From a virus, in IMG/VR virus record IMGVR_UViG_3300036770_006330: 64,000 bases of DNA; one strand, given 5' to 3'. The first letter of the stretch is position 1. Every line of letters starts with the position of its first letter. This document shows positions 51,769 to 62,043 of the stretch, piece by piece. A program made the position numbers and the translations under genes. The notes under the pieces are model-generated. The model was not told the DNA's origin. It did not search any database and saw nothing but the letters and a program-made list of their open reading frames with translations.

Positions 51769-54700
51769 ATGACAAAATTTGTAGGTAAGCCCCTACGCGG
51801 AGTCGAGTTTGCGAATCCGAGTGATGAGGCCTTTTCGACGCGGGTAACCACCGACCCACACGCGCGCATACGAATTGATGCCGGCGGGCGCATTACATGG
51901 TCAAGCGGCGCAGCAACTGGCGATGTCACGCTCTACAGAAGTGCTACAGACACACTCACTACAGATGACGTACTTAAGGCAACTGGTGGCGTAGTAACGC
52001 TCGTAACAAACGGTGCTCCGACAGTTGCGCTTTCAGATGGCGCACTCGCAGTCGACTCTACAAACGACATTCTCTATATCCGTTCTGGTGGCGAGTGGAT
52101 TCAAGTTAAACCAACACTCTCGCTTGACGAGCTGTCTGATGTAGACCTTAGCACAGCACCAAATGACGGAGATTTTCTTTCGTATGATTCAAGTGCGTCT
52201 GCATGGGTCGCGGCATCAGTCCAGTTTGCAGCGTCACTCGATGAACTTACTGATGTAAGCACTGCTGGGGCAGAAAACGGCGAGGTACTGCAGTTCAACG
52301 GAACGGAGTGGGTGCCTGCGACCCTCCCTAGTTCTGAACCAATTGGACATGAAGACAAGTCTCAAAGCACAATCAGTTTCGATGAATCAACAAGAGTGTT
52401 TTCAATCGCTCCAACAGGAGCGTCGTTTACGGTGTGGTGCGCCGGCAAACGATACATAAAGACAACTCAGCAATCAGTAACGATTCCAGACACCTCCGGT
52501 CTTTACTACATCTATTTCAATAATGTCGGAAGCCTTGCGTACAAAACCACATACTTCACGTGGGACCAAGACACGCCAACTGCATACATCTACTGGAATG
52601 CCGACGACAACAAGGCTTATTTCTTTGCCGATGAGCGACATGGCGTAACCCTCGACTGGGCAACGCATGAGTATCTGCATAGAACTCGTGGTGCGTCAAT
52701 CGCGAGTGGTTTTGGCGCAAACGCATACACGGTTTCTGGTGATGGCTCTCTTGATGCCCATGCGAAAATCGATATTGCAAACGGTACGTTTTTTGACGAA
52801 GACCTACAGGTCGATATCTCGCATTCAGCTTCACCGACTCCCGATACATGGGAACAAAGACTCCAGGGTGGGGCGTACATCCCTGTTTTCCGCAGACATA
52901 ACACGCATTGGGTAAAAGACACCGCAACACAGTTCCCACTTAAGCAGGGAACATCAAGGGCCCAGTACAACTTGAATACAGCTGGAACGTGGTCATCTGT
53001 TGATATCGACCAAAACAAGTTCGGCATTTCATGGATTGTCGCAACGAATAATTTGAATGAGCCAGTACTCGCAATACTTGGTCAGGGAACTTACAACACA
53101 ATCGGTGAGGCTGAATCTGTTGGCTGGGATTCACTCAATCTTGATAATTTCCCAGTTTTTGAATTTAGACCGCTGTACAAAATTATTTATGAGACATCTA
53201 CCGGATATGCCAACACTCCTCACGCTCGATTCTCTGGCGTTTATGACCTGAGAAGAGTTACTTCTGGTGGAGACCAGTCAATTCCAACAACGCCAATAAG
53301 CGACCACGGGTCAATGACTGGTCTGGCTGACGATGACCACCTTCAGTACCTCACTGTCGTTAGACATGACGCTCTCGACCATTCGACAGCAATGGGGACA
53401 GTTGTTCTTGATGACATAAGCAACGTTTCTGCGTCCGCTCCGGGAGTGGGGCAGTCACTTACGTGGGACGGAACCGCTTGGGTGCCAGGTGAGGGTGGTG
53501 GTGGTGCGACCGTCACCGTATCAACCACAGCGCCAGCGTCACCAGAGGAAGGTGACCTCTGGTATAACTCTGAAACAACCTCAATGCTCGTCTACTACGA
53601 CTCATCGTGGATTGAAGTTGGTGGTGGCGGAGGCGGCGGTGGCGGAGGCGGAGCTTCCGTAACAGTGAGTGATACAGCCCCAGCGAGCCCTGGAACTGGT
53701 GACCTATGGTTTGAGTCTGATACTGGCGCGACATTTATTTGGTACGACGGAGCATGGATTGAGGTAGGCGCAGCAGGAGATTTCCAGCTTGACACCATTC
53801 AAGACATTGGCGATGTTCTCATATCCGGAGAACAGCCAGGAGATTTTCTCAAGTGGAACGGCACTAAATGGGTTAACGATGCGATAAATCTTGGTGTCGA
53901 TACGACAGGTGGGTATGTCGAATATCTAACTGCTGGAACAGACATCGTCATCACGAATAACTCTGGTGAAGCCGCTCATCCAACGATTAGCGCGTCTGTT
54001 CAGTATCTGAACAACATTGGAGACGTAACGATTACGTCCCTCGCGACGGGCCAGTTCCTAAAGCACAATGGCAGCGCCTGGGTCAACGATTATGTTGACC
54101 TTGGGACAGACACTGATGGTGACTACGTAGAAAGTCTTGTTGCCGGAACGGGCGTAACAATCACGGACAATGTTGGTCAAGGAACAAACCCAACAATCGC
54201 AATTGGGCAGGATGTTTCAACATCGGCATCCGTGTCATTTGGCCACATCAATGGACCGCTCACTGGAAACGTAGTCGGGAACGTCACTGGGAATTTGACG
54301 GGCAATGCATCAACCGCATCAGCCCTACAAACAACTCACACGATTGGGCTAAGCGGAGATGTTTCTGGTTCTGTGTCATTTAATGGCACGTCAAATGCAA
54401 TTATCACTGCGACAATCCAGCCCAATGCCGTTGCCCTTGGGACCGATACGACTGGGGCTTATGTATCGAACCTTGTAGCAGGAACCGGCATAACCCTTGC
54501 GGACAATTCCGGCGAATCTGCTACTCCAACAATTTCAATTGGTCAAGATGTATCAACTTCGGCATCCGTAACATTCCAGAACGTCACCGTGAACGGTGAC
54601 TTGGTTGTAAATGGAACAACAACGACCTTAAACACAACTGAATTGTTGGTGGAAGACAACATTATCACCCTAAATTCCAACGTCTCTGCTTCGCCAACAA

Positions 54701-55833
54701 TCGATGCTGGTATTGAAATTAAACGAGGAACTCAGCCGACGGTAACGCTGAAGTGGAATGAAACAATCGACAAATGGCAATTCACCAATGACGGCTCTAA
54801 TTACATTGAGCTTGGTTCAGGAGCAGCAGAGATTTCTGCAACACCGCCATCAATCCCAGAAGAAGGCGCTCTATGGTTTGACTCAACGACCGCCAAGACA
54901 TACGTGTACTACGACTCATACTGGGTCGAAATCGGCGCCTCGGGCGGAAACGGCGTATCGGTTACAACTTCGTCTGTCGCCCCAACAAATCCAGAAGAAG
55001 GCGACATCTGGTATGACACAGTAACTACACAAACGAGTATTTATTACAACTCAGCATGGGTCCCAGTTGGGACTGTTGGTGGAGCAAGCGTAACCGTTTC
55101 GGATACTGCGCCAGGGAACCCCGAAGAGGGAGACCTGTGGTTCAATTCTTCAAATACAAAGACATATGTATATTACGACAGTTCATGGATTGAGGTGGGT
55201 GCAGTATCTGGTGGCGCAAGGCTCTACGTAAATGCCCTCGCACCAGCATCGCCAAACGAAGGCGACATGTGGTTTGACTCAGATACGGCACAAACATTTA
55301 CGTATTACGACGGTCAGTGGGTTGAAATTGGAGCCTCCGGGATGGCGGCGATAGTTGCTGATGTAGCGCCATCGAACCCAATAAACGGTCAGATTTGGTT
55401 TAACTCATCATCTGGTGGAACGTACGTTTACTACGGTTCAAACTCGGTCTGGATTGAAATAGGGGCTGCGCCAGCATCAAGCATCGTCAATAACTTTGAA
55501 GCCAAAGGAGATGTGCTCGTAGGGACTGGCGTAGGCACATACGACAACCTTGCCGTGGGGGCAAATGGGACCGTCCTTTTGTCGGCATCAGCACAGGTGA
55601 CTGGCATGGCCTGGGGCAAGGTCGGTGCGACAAATATGAACCTGCTGTACGCGGACCAGTCGCAGTTCCCGTCAGCAACAGACAATCATGGCTCGATAGT
55701 CCACAGCCACGCAGATGGCAAAATGTATTACGCCCACGCTGGAAGCTGGGTGGCCATACCGACAACAACTGAAGTTCAAGCAAAAGCATCAACAGGTAAG
55801 GCAATAGCTATGGCTATTGTCTTCGGAGGATAA
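51769..55833 (+). CDS. long tail fibre with repeated P..GDLWF.S...Y....W.E.G modules
   Basis: 1354 aa; LDEL.DV...G..L.W.G..W and AP..P.EGDLW repeats. Confidence 0.85.
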   Translation: MTKFVGKPLRGVEFANPSDEAFSTRVTTDPHARIRIDAGGRITWSSGAATGDVTLYRSATDTLTTDDVLKATGGVVTLVTNGAPTVALSDGALAVDSTNDILYIRSGGEWIQVKPTLSLDELSDVDLSTAPNDGDFLSYDSSASAWVAASVQFAASLDELTDVSTAGAENGEVLQFNGTEWVPATLPSSEPIGHEDKSQSTISFDESTRVFSIAPTGASFTVWCAGKRYIKTTQQSVTIPDTSGLYYIYFNNVGSLAYKTTYFTWDQDTPTAYIYWNADDNKAYFFADERHGVTLDWATHEYLHRTRGASIASGFGANAYTVSGDGSLDAHAKIDIANGTFFDEDLQVDISHSASPTPDTWEQRLQGGAYIPVFRRHNTHWVKDTATQFPLKQGTSRAQYNLNTAGTWSSVDIDQNKFGISWIVATNNLNEPVLAILGQGTYNTIGEAESVGWDSLNLDNFPVFEFRPLYKIIYETSTGYANTPHARFSGVYDLRRVTSGGDQSIPTTPISDHGSMTGLADDDHLQYLTVVRHDALDHSTAMGTVVLDDISNVSASAPGVGQSLTWDGTAWVPGEGGGGATVTVSTTAPASPEEGDLWYNSETTSMLVYYDSSWIEVGGGGGGGGGGGASVTVSDTAPASPGTGDLWFESDTGATFIWYDGAWIEVGAAGDFQLDTIQDIGDVLISGEQPGDFLKWNGTKWVNDAINLGVDTTGGYVEYLTAGTDIVITNNSGEAAHPTISASVQYLNNIGDVTITSLATGQFLKHNGSAWVNDYVDLGTDTDGDYVESLVAGTGVTITDNVGQGTNPTIAIGQDVSTSASVSFGHINGPLTGNVVGNVTGNLTGNASTASALQTTHTIGLSGDVSGSVSFNGTSNAIITATIQPNAVALGTDTTGAYVSNLVAGTGITLADNSGESATPTISIGQDVSTSASVTFQNVTVNGDLVVNGTTTTLNTTELLVEDNIITLNSNVSASPTIDAGIEIKRGTQPTVTLKWNETIDKWQFTNDGSNYIELGSGAAEISATPPSIPEEGALWFDSTTAKTYVYYDSYWVEIGASGGNGVSVTTSSVAPTNPEEGDIWYDTVTTQTSIYYNSAWVPVGTVGGASVTVSDTAPGNPEEGDLWFNSSNTKTYVYYDSSWIEVGAVSGGARLYVNALAPASPNEGDMWFDSDTAQTFTYYDGQWVEIGASGMAAIVADVAPSNPINGQIWFNSSSGGTYVYYGSNSVWIEIGAAPASSIVNNFEAKGDVLVGTGVGTYDNLAVGANGTVLLSASAQVTGMAWGKVGATNMNLLYADQSQFPSATDNHGSIVHSHADGKMYYAHAGSWVAIPTTTEVQAKASTGKAIAMAIVFGG

Positions 55834-55836
55834 ATC

Positions 55837-56193
55837 ATGGCTGCACCAAACATCGTCAACGTCACTACTATTACGGGTAAGACTGCTGGCAAAGCGCTGT
55901 CCGGGCAACCGCAGGTGCTCGTAAACAATCCCGGACAGAGCAACAAAGTGTTCAAGATTAATGCTTTGTACATTTCCAATAGGGAAGGTAGCAACGCAGT
56001 CAACGTGAGCGTTTACCTCCAAGGCGTAAACGAGAGTTTTTATTTAGCAGACACTGTTTCTATACCAGCGGATAGCACGCTTGACGTTATATCTAAGTCA
56101 ATCTATCTCGAAGAAGATTGGTCAATTTACGTCGTGTCTGGCGGTCAGGGCGAGCCAGCGGATGCAATCTGCTCTTACGAGGAGATTAGTTAA
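55837..56193 (+). CDS. virion-associated hypothetical protein
   Basis: MAAPNIVNVTTI...SYEEIS. Confidence 0.75.
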   Translation: MAAPNIVNVTTITGKTAGKALSGQPQVLVNNPGQSNKVFKINALYISNREGSNAVNVSVYLQGVNESFYLADTVSIPADSTLDVISKSIYLEEDWSIYVVSGGQGEPADAICSYEEIS

Positions 56194-57359
56194 TGGGGCG
56201 GAGAGGCGGGTCAATCGGACCAAAGCGGAATGCCAGCGGCGGTGGTGGGTTTTGGTCACTTACCGACCAGCAACAGGAGGTTGGCACTGGTAGTTGGGGT
56301 CTTCCATTTTTTGCCGGTGGGAATCAGTCCTCGAGTGATTTATATACATTCATGTCCACCATGGTCAATAAATCCTCAGTGACGGCAGGTGGTGGTGGCA
56401 CTCTTACACTGAATTCGGTTTTGATAGGGAATTATGATTACACTATTAAAAATGGAAATCATACGGTTTCCTCATTTACCAACTCTGACTGGTTCACAAC
56501 AACACAGGATTCAAATGCTGCACTTATTTGTGTGAATGGGAATCTGACTATTTCTTCCGGCATAACTTTTTTGCCATCTGTAAGAAAATTATTTACTTGC
56601 TTATTGGTCAATGGTAATCTCACTATTGATGGAACAGTTTCTATGACTGGCAGAGGGGCAAACACTGTTTCTTTGGCAGTACAGACTGCAAACGTCAGAA
56701 TAATAAATGGCACATATTCATCTGTGACCAATCCACAAATCCCCTCGTCTGGTGGGGCAGGTGGAAGCGCTGGTTCAAGCGGTAATGGTGGAGCAGGAAG
56801 TTCTGGTGCATCTGGCGGAACTGGTGGTGGCGGAGGCGGGAGCGGCTACGCATCAACTGCGGGAAATGGTGCTTCTGGCAGTTCGTTCTCTGGCGGCAGT
56901 GGCGGAGGTGGAAGCAATAGTGGCTCTGGAGATATGAACGCTTCACTTTATGGTGGCACTGGTGGGACGGGTCGTCATGTGAATGGAGGAAATACTGCTG
57001 TCGGTGGAACTGGTAATCCAGGGGGTAGTTCAATCAATAATAACGGAACAGTCAATGGTTCTTCCTTCTTCGGCAATGATGGAACTGGGGGAACGCTGGT
57101 AATTTTCTGCACTGGTTCTCTTTTGGGAAATGGCACAATATCGTCAAATGGCGTAAACGGTAAAAATAATTCTTCGGCAATTGGTGCTGGCGGTGCGTCT
57201 GGGGGCGGGTCAATAACCGTTATATGCAACTCAAACCAATCCACAATCACCCGTTCAGTATCTGGGGGAACGGGAGGAACTGCGTATCCAACCGCTCCGT
57301 ATAATATGGTCGGAGGGAACGGTGGTTCTGGTACCGAACGGATTCTTACTGGTCTATAA
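56193..57359 (+). CDS. glycine-rich virion protein
   Basis: poly-Gly tracts. Confidence 0.75.
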   Translation: MGRRGGSIGPKRNASGGGGFWSLTDQQQEVGTGSWGLPFFAGGNQSSSDLYTFMSTMVNKSSVTAGGGGTLTLNSVLIGNYDYTIKNGNHTVSSFTNSDWFTTTQDSNAALICVNGNLTISSGITFLPSVRKLFTCLLVNGNLTIDGTVSMTGRGANTVSLAVQTANVRIINGTYSSVTNPQIPSSGGAGGSAGSSGNGGAGSSGASGGTGGGGGGSGYASTAGNGASGSSFSGGSGGGGSNSGSGDMNASLYGGTGGTGRHVNGGNTAVGGTGNPGGSSINNNGTVNGSSFFGNDGTGGTLVIFCTGSLLGNGTISSNGVNGKNNSSAIGAGGASGGGSITVICNSNQSTITRSVSGGTGGTAYPTAPYNMVGGNGGSGTERILTGL

Positions 57360-57418
57360 GTTGGTAGACTTTCCATGTTCTATAATATGAGCGTTCCATA
57401 TTCGGAGGTGTAAACGAA

Positions 57419-57787
57419 ATGGCCCATTTTGCAGAAATTGACAGCAATAACGTAGTAACGCGGGTAATCGTTGTTTCAAATGACGACTGCGCAGGCGGAG
57501 AATACCCAGAAAGCGATGCCCCTGGTGCTGCGTTCTGTAACGGTTTGCTGGGCGGAACCTGGAAGCAAACCTCCTACAACAACAACTTTCGCAAGCGCTA
57601 CGCAGGTATCGGTTATGCCTTCAGGGAGGACCTTGATGCTTTCATTGCTCCACAGCCATATCCCTCCTGGACGTTGAACGAGGAGACCGCTGATTGGGAA
57701 GCGCCTGTTGCTCGCCCAGCCGAAGGCGTGTGGACTTGGAACGAAGCAAACCAGGAATGGGAAGAGTTCGTCGCTCCTACCGAGTAG
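57419..57787 (+). CDS. phage hypothetical protein (MAHFAEID...WKQTSYN.NFRK.YAGIG)
   Basis: GGAGG SD; family commonly found among Gly-rich tail genes. Confidence 0.8.
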   Translation: MAHFAEIDSNNVVTRVIVVSNDDCAGGEYPESDAPGAAFCNGLLGGTWKQTSYNNNFRKRYAGIGYAFREDLDAFIAPQPYPSWTLNEETADWEAPVARPAEGVWTWNEANQEWEEFVAPTE

Positions 57788-57793
57788 GCGAAC

Positions 57794-59158
57794 ATGCCCC
57801 TCTCCTTTCCGTCTAATCCATCGGTTAACGACACCTATACCGTTGGTGCTCGCACATGGACGTGGACAGGGAGTATCTGGGAACTTAACGCAAACGTAGT
57901 TTCTCCAGCGTCAGTCACATCAAATGAGATTGCAAACAGCGCTGTCACGGAGTCAAAAATTGCGTCGTCAGCTGTTACTGAATCTAAAATTGGAGCTGCT
58001 GCTGTAACGGAAGCAAAAATAGGCGCAGGTGCCGTCACCGTAAACAAACTTGGTATTGGTGCTGTAACGTCAGAAAAGCTTGCAGCAGAAGCAGTCAATG
58101 CAGATGCAATCAAGCCTGGTGCTGTTTCATCAGCCAAACTTGATTCGCAAGTTGGCGTAATCACTGTTTGTACATCGTCCACTCGGCCAGCATCGCCATT
58201 TGTTGGACAAGCAATTTATGAGACAGATACGAACAAAATGAAGGTCTATATGACCGGCGGGTGGAGTGTTGGAACTTCGCACACAAGAGAAATAGATATT
58301 GAATACCTTGTAATTGCTGGCGGTGGTGGCGGAGGTCAAGCAGAGGGCGGCGGAGGTGGCGGTGCTGGTGGCTATAGGACAAATAAGTCGCTAGCAACTT
58401 CTGGTGGTGGAGCGGTAGCTGAATCTGCAATCGCACTCGGAGTTGGAACATACACAGTTACTGTCGGTGGCGGTGGAGCCGCTGCAGTAAGTTACCAGAC
58501 GCGAGGCACAACTGGGGAAAACTCAGTATTTCATACAATTACATCCCTTGGTGGCGGCGGTGGTGGTGGAGGCGGTAATGGCACTAATTTGACAGGCCTT
58601 ACTGGTGGTTCTGGTGGAGGTGGTACTGGTGGTGCCTCTCTTACTTCAATTGCCGGTGGAAGCGGAACATCAAATCAAGGATTTGCTGGTGGTTCTGGGT
58701 ATCACCTAGGTGGTGTTCACATCGGCGGTGGCGGAGGTGGAGGGGCAGGGGCTATAGGGGGAAATGCACCCACTGGTTCAACCGGAACAGCCGGAGCCGG
58801 AGGAGCTGGTGTAAGTTCGGACATCGACGGTGCGGCGACTGTTCGCGCTGGCGGCGGAGGTGGTGGTGCACACGCTAGCGGAATTACTGCTGGAGCAGGA
58901 GGCACTGGTGGTGGTGGTGCCGGAGCAACTTACAGTGGAGCAGCGACAGCTGGAACAGCAAACACTGGTGGCGGGGGTGGCGGTGCTGGCAACAACACCA
59001 GTCCATCTGGCGCCAGAGCTGGTGGTTCTGGGATAGTTATTGTTAGGTATTTAACTGCTGATGCAGTTGGGCTGACAATTAGTGGTGGGACGGCAACAAC
59101 GGCCGGAACCTACACCGTGAGAACATTCACTTCCAGTGGAAGCTTGGTGATTGCGTAA
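57794..59158 (+). CDS. glycine-rich tail-fibre-associated protein
   Basis: FP..P...D.Y, AVTE.KI repeats, EYLVIAGGG...GGSGIVIVRY. Confidence 0.8.
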   Translation: MPLSFPSNPSVNDTYTVGARTWTWTGSIWELNANVVSPASVTSNEIANSAVTESKIASSAVTESKIGAAAVTEAKIGAGAVTVNKLGIGAVTSEKLAAEAVNADAIKPGAVSSAKLDSQVGVITVCTSSTRPASPFVGQAIYETDTNKMKVYMTGGWSVGTSHTREIDIEYLVIAGGGGGGQAEGGGGGGAGGYRTNKSLATSGGGAVAESAIALGVGTYTVTVGGGGAAAVSYQTRGTTGENSVFHTITSLGGGGGGGGGNGTNLTGLTGGSGGGGTGGASLTSIAGGSGTSNQGFAGGSGYHLGGVHIGGGGGGGAGAIGGNAPTGSTGTAGAGGAGVSSDIDGAATVRAGGGGGGAHASGITAGAGGTGGGGAGATYSGAATAGTANTGGGGGGAGNNTSPSGARAGGSGIVIVRYLTADAVGLTISGGTATTAGTYTVRTFTSSGSLVIA

Positions 59159-60783
59159 TGGCTGCAGCAGACTTCCCTAATAATCCAACAGTCGGTCAGT
59201 CGTTCACTGTCGACAACAAGACCTACGAGTGGAACGGCACGTTCTGGGAGATGGCCATCTCCACGGCAACAATCGCCGATGGGTCTATCGAAGGGGTCAA
59301 GCTCGCTTCCATGTCGGCATCTGTCGGCGATTTCCTTGGATGGGACGGAACCGAGTGGGGCCCTGCGCAAGTTCCAGTAATCAGTTCGCTGGACGATATA
59401 GCCGACGTTGATTTGAGTTCCATAAACAGTGGAGAGTTCCTCAAGTGGACGGGCTCCAAGTGGGCTAATGATGTCATAGACCTTGGAACTGATACAGAAG
59501 GAAACTACGTATCTGACCTAGTTGCTGGACAGGGAATAACTATCTCCCATATTCAAGGAGAGGGTTCGAGTGCCAGCATTTCGCTTGGCGCAGTTATTGA
59601 GGACCTGAATAATGTCGACCTTGCGGGCCTCGCTGGAGGCAATGTTCTGCAGTTCTCCAGCGCTTCTGCGATGTGGATTCCTGGTTCAATCCCAACGATA
59701 AATGCATTGGATGATATTTCCGACGTCGCAGTTCCATCCCCATCAACTGGGGACGTTCTCAAATGGAGCGGGTCAGCATGGGTTAGTGACGCCATTGACC
59801 TTGGAACGGATACCACTGGTAATTACGTATCTGACGTTACTGCCGGCACTGGCGTTACTGTAACCCATACACCAGGAGAGGGCTCAAGCCCGACTGTGGC
59901 AATCGGCCAAAGTGTCGCAACATCAGCAAGCGTTATATTCGCAACAGTTTCAACGACAGGCGATGTGACCGTAGGCGGCAATCTCACTGTTAACGGAACG
60001 TCAACAACCCTAAATACAGAGACGCTTTCGGTTGAAGACAACATAATTGTTCTTAATTCAAATGTTTCAGCATCTCCAGTGCTTGATGCAGGTATCGAGG
60101 TGGAGCGCGGTACATCAAGCAATGTTGCCATCAAGTGGAACGAAACAACAGACACATGGCAGTTTACAAATGATGGAACAACGTATTCAGACCTTGGCTC
60201 TGGTGGTGGCGTAACGGTTTCTTCTACGGCTCCGGCATTACCTGAAGAAGGTGACCTCTGGTTTGACTCTGACACAGCCCAGACCTTCGTCTATTACGAC
60301 TCCAACTGGGTTGAAGTAGGAACAATTGCGGGCAGTGCAAAGATTCTTGTGTCTGCAACTCCGCCAAGTTCACCACTTGAAGGAGAACTATGGTTCGACT
60401 CAGATACCGGAGCTACGTATGTTTATTACTCCTCCACATGGGTAGAGGTTGGGGCAGCGCCATTTGATGCACTGCTCAATAAGGTTGATGCGAAAGGCGA
60501 CATTCTTGTTGCCACGTCGGACAACAATGTCGAGAGGTTGCCAGTTGGAGCAGACGGCTTCTTCCTGAAGGCAAACTCATCTGCTTCGGCCGGCATTGAG
60601 TGGGCAAGCATCCCGACAATAAATGCCCTTGACGATGTGGGCGATGTGTCAGCAGCGGCACCGACTACTGGCTATTTCTTGCAATGGAATGGAACGGCAT
60701 GGGTTCCAGCGGCCGTTTCAGCTGACGTCATGACTGACAGTAAGAACGCCGCAATCATCACAATGGACATTATCGGAGGATAG
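59158..60783 (+). CDS. tail fibre protein (paralogous to 51769-55833)
   Basis: shares DLGTDT.G.YV, VEDNIIVLNSNVSASP..DAGIE and EGDLWFDSDT modules. Confidence 0.82.
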   Translation: MAAADFPNNPTVGQSFTVDNKTYEWNGTFWEMAISTATIADGSIEGVKLASMSASVGDFLGWDGTEWGPAQVPVISSLDDIADVDLSSINSGEFLKWTGSKWANDVIDLGTDTEGNYVSDLVAGQGITISHIQGEGSSASISLGAVIEDLNNVDLAGLAGGNVLQFSSASAMWIPGSIPTINALDDISDVAVPSPSTGDVLKWSGSAWVSDAIDLGTDTTGNYVSDVTAGTGVTVTHTPGEGSSPTVAIGQSVATSASVIFATVSTTGDVTVGGNLTVNGTSTTLNTETLSVEDNIIVLNSNVSASPVLDAGIEVERGTSSNVAIKWNETTDTWQFTNDGTTYSDLGSGGGVTVSSTAPALPEEGDLWFDSDTAQTFVYYDSNWVEVGTIAGSAKILVSATPPSSPLEGELWFDSDTGATYVYYSSTWVEVGAAPFDALLNKVDAKGDILVATSDNNVERLPVGADGFFLKANSSASAGIEWASIPTINALDDVGDVSAAAPTTGYFLQWNGTAWVPAAVSADVMTDSKNAAIITMDIIGG

Positions 60784-60786
60784 AAA

Positions 60787-61122
60787 ATGGCAGCCGGAGA
60801 TAGAACAGAACAGAGACTTGGCGGACCAACGCAGTTGGGTACGACTACGACGACCATCGCAACGGTGGCGGCGAGCAGAGTAGAGGTCATCAAGCAAATC
60901 ATCATTTGCAACACGGACACGTTAGACCGCACGGTCACTTTGTCCATTGGTTCGGCGGCTACGGCTGCCAACCGTTTCATGTCGCAGTTGCCAATCGGCG
61001 CGAATGACATCATGGTTTTTGATACTGCTCTGGTTCTCACTGCGGGCGAAACTTTGGAAGGTCTTTCAGATGCGGCGAACGTAGTGAACGTCATCGCAAT
61101 CGGATGGGAAAAGGAAGTCTGA
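60787..61122 (+). CDS. virion-associated hypothetical protein
   Basis: GGAGG SD; beta-rich. Confidence 0.72.
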   Translation: MAAGDRTEQRLGGPTQLGTTTTTIATVAASRVEVIKQIIICNTDTLDRTVTLSIGSAATAANRFMSQLPIGANDIMVFDTALVLTAGETLEGLSDAANVVNVIAIGWEKEV

Positions 61123-61128
61123 TACCTG

Positions 61129-62043
61129 ATGCCGATTTCCACGCCGTACGGAGTCCTGGGGTTGAAGGACTATGTAAAAGTTGTCGCCCCAACCACAATT
61201 GAATATCTTGTGGTCGCCGGTGGAGGTGGCGGTTCACGTGGGACCATCAATGACGCAACGCTGGGCGGCGGTGGTGGAGGTGGCGGTGGTTATCGCGTGT
61301 CAGTTGTCGGAGAAACATCTGGTGCGAATTCCACCGCAGAAACATTATTTTCACCAGTTAAGGGAAGCGTTTATACCATCACTATTGGCGGAGGTGGGGC
61401 TGGAAATAACAGCTCATCCAGTGATAGGGGTGTGCAAGGTTCAAGCTCTTCGTTTGCGACAATTACATCAACAGGTGGCGGGGGAGGGGGAATACAGAGC
61501 AGGTCTGGTGGCTCTGGTGGCTCTGGTGGCGGCGCAGGACCAGCACTCGGCGGCAATACTGGCGCTGGAGCCGGAACAGCAAATCAGGGATTTTCTGGTG
61601 GAAATACAAATAGCAGCACATCGAATGCTCCGGGAGCCGGAGGAGGAGGCGCAGGGGCATCAGGACAATCGGTTGGTGCAACTGGTTCTGGCGGAAATGG
61701 GGGTACTGGTCTTTCGTCGCTAATTACTGGTGCATCTGTTTTTCGTTCGGGTGGTGGCGGAGGTGCCGGTGGTGGCGGCAACGCTGGTGGAACTGGCGGT
61801 TCGGGCGGTGGCGCTTCTGGTGGGGGCAATGGCGCTGGTTCAAATGCCACTTCAAACACTGGCGGCGGAGGGGGCGGTGGATATGGCACAAATACGGGCG
61901 GCAACGGTGGAAGTGGTGTAGTAATCATCAGATATTCAATAACATTCCCAGAGGCAACAACAACTGGTGCATCGGTTTTGTATTCCACAACTGCAACACA
62001 TCGCGTATACACGTTTAACTCAAGTGGAAGCATTGGTTGGTAA
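61129..62043 (+). CDS. glycine-rich virion protein
   Basis: EYLVVAGGG...GGSGVVIIRY. Confidence 0.78.
   Translation: MPISTPYGVLGLKDYVKVVAPTTIEYLVVAGGGGGSRGTINDATLGGGGGGGGGYRVSVVGETSGANSTAETLFSPVKGSVYTITIGGGGAGNNSSSSDRGVQGSSSSFATITSTGGGGGGIQSRSGGSGGSGGGAGPALGGNTGAGAGTANQGFSGGNTNSSTSNAPGAGGGGAGASGQSVGATGSGGNGGTGLSSLITGASVFRSGGGGGAGGGGNAGGTGGSGGGASGGGNGAGSNATSNTGGGGGGGYGTNTGGNGGSGVVIIRYSITFPEATTTGASVLYSTTATHRVYTFNSSGSIGW

Noticed and set aside
60861-60875. AACGGTGGCGGCGAG and similar partial matches (about 19764, 44104 reverse, Gly-rich genes)
   Set aside because: They lack the KAWGA end and lie in coding sequence rich in Gly/Val/Ala codons
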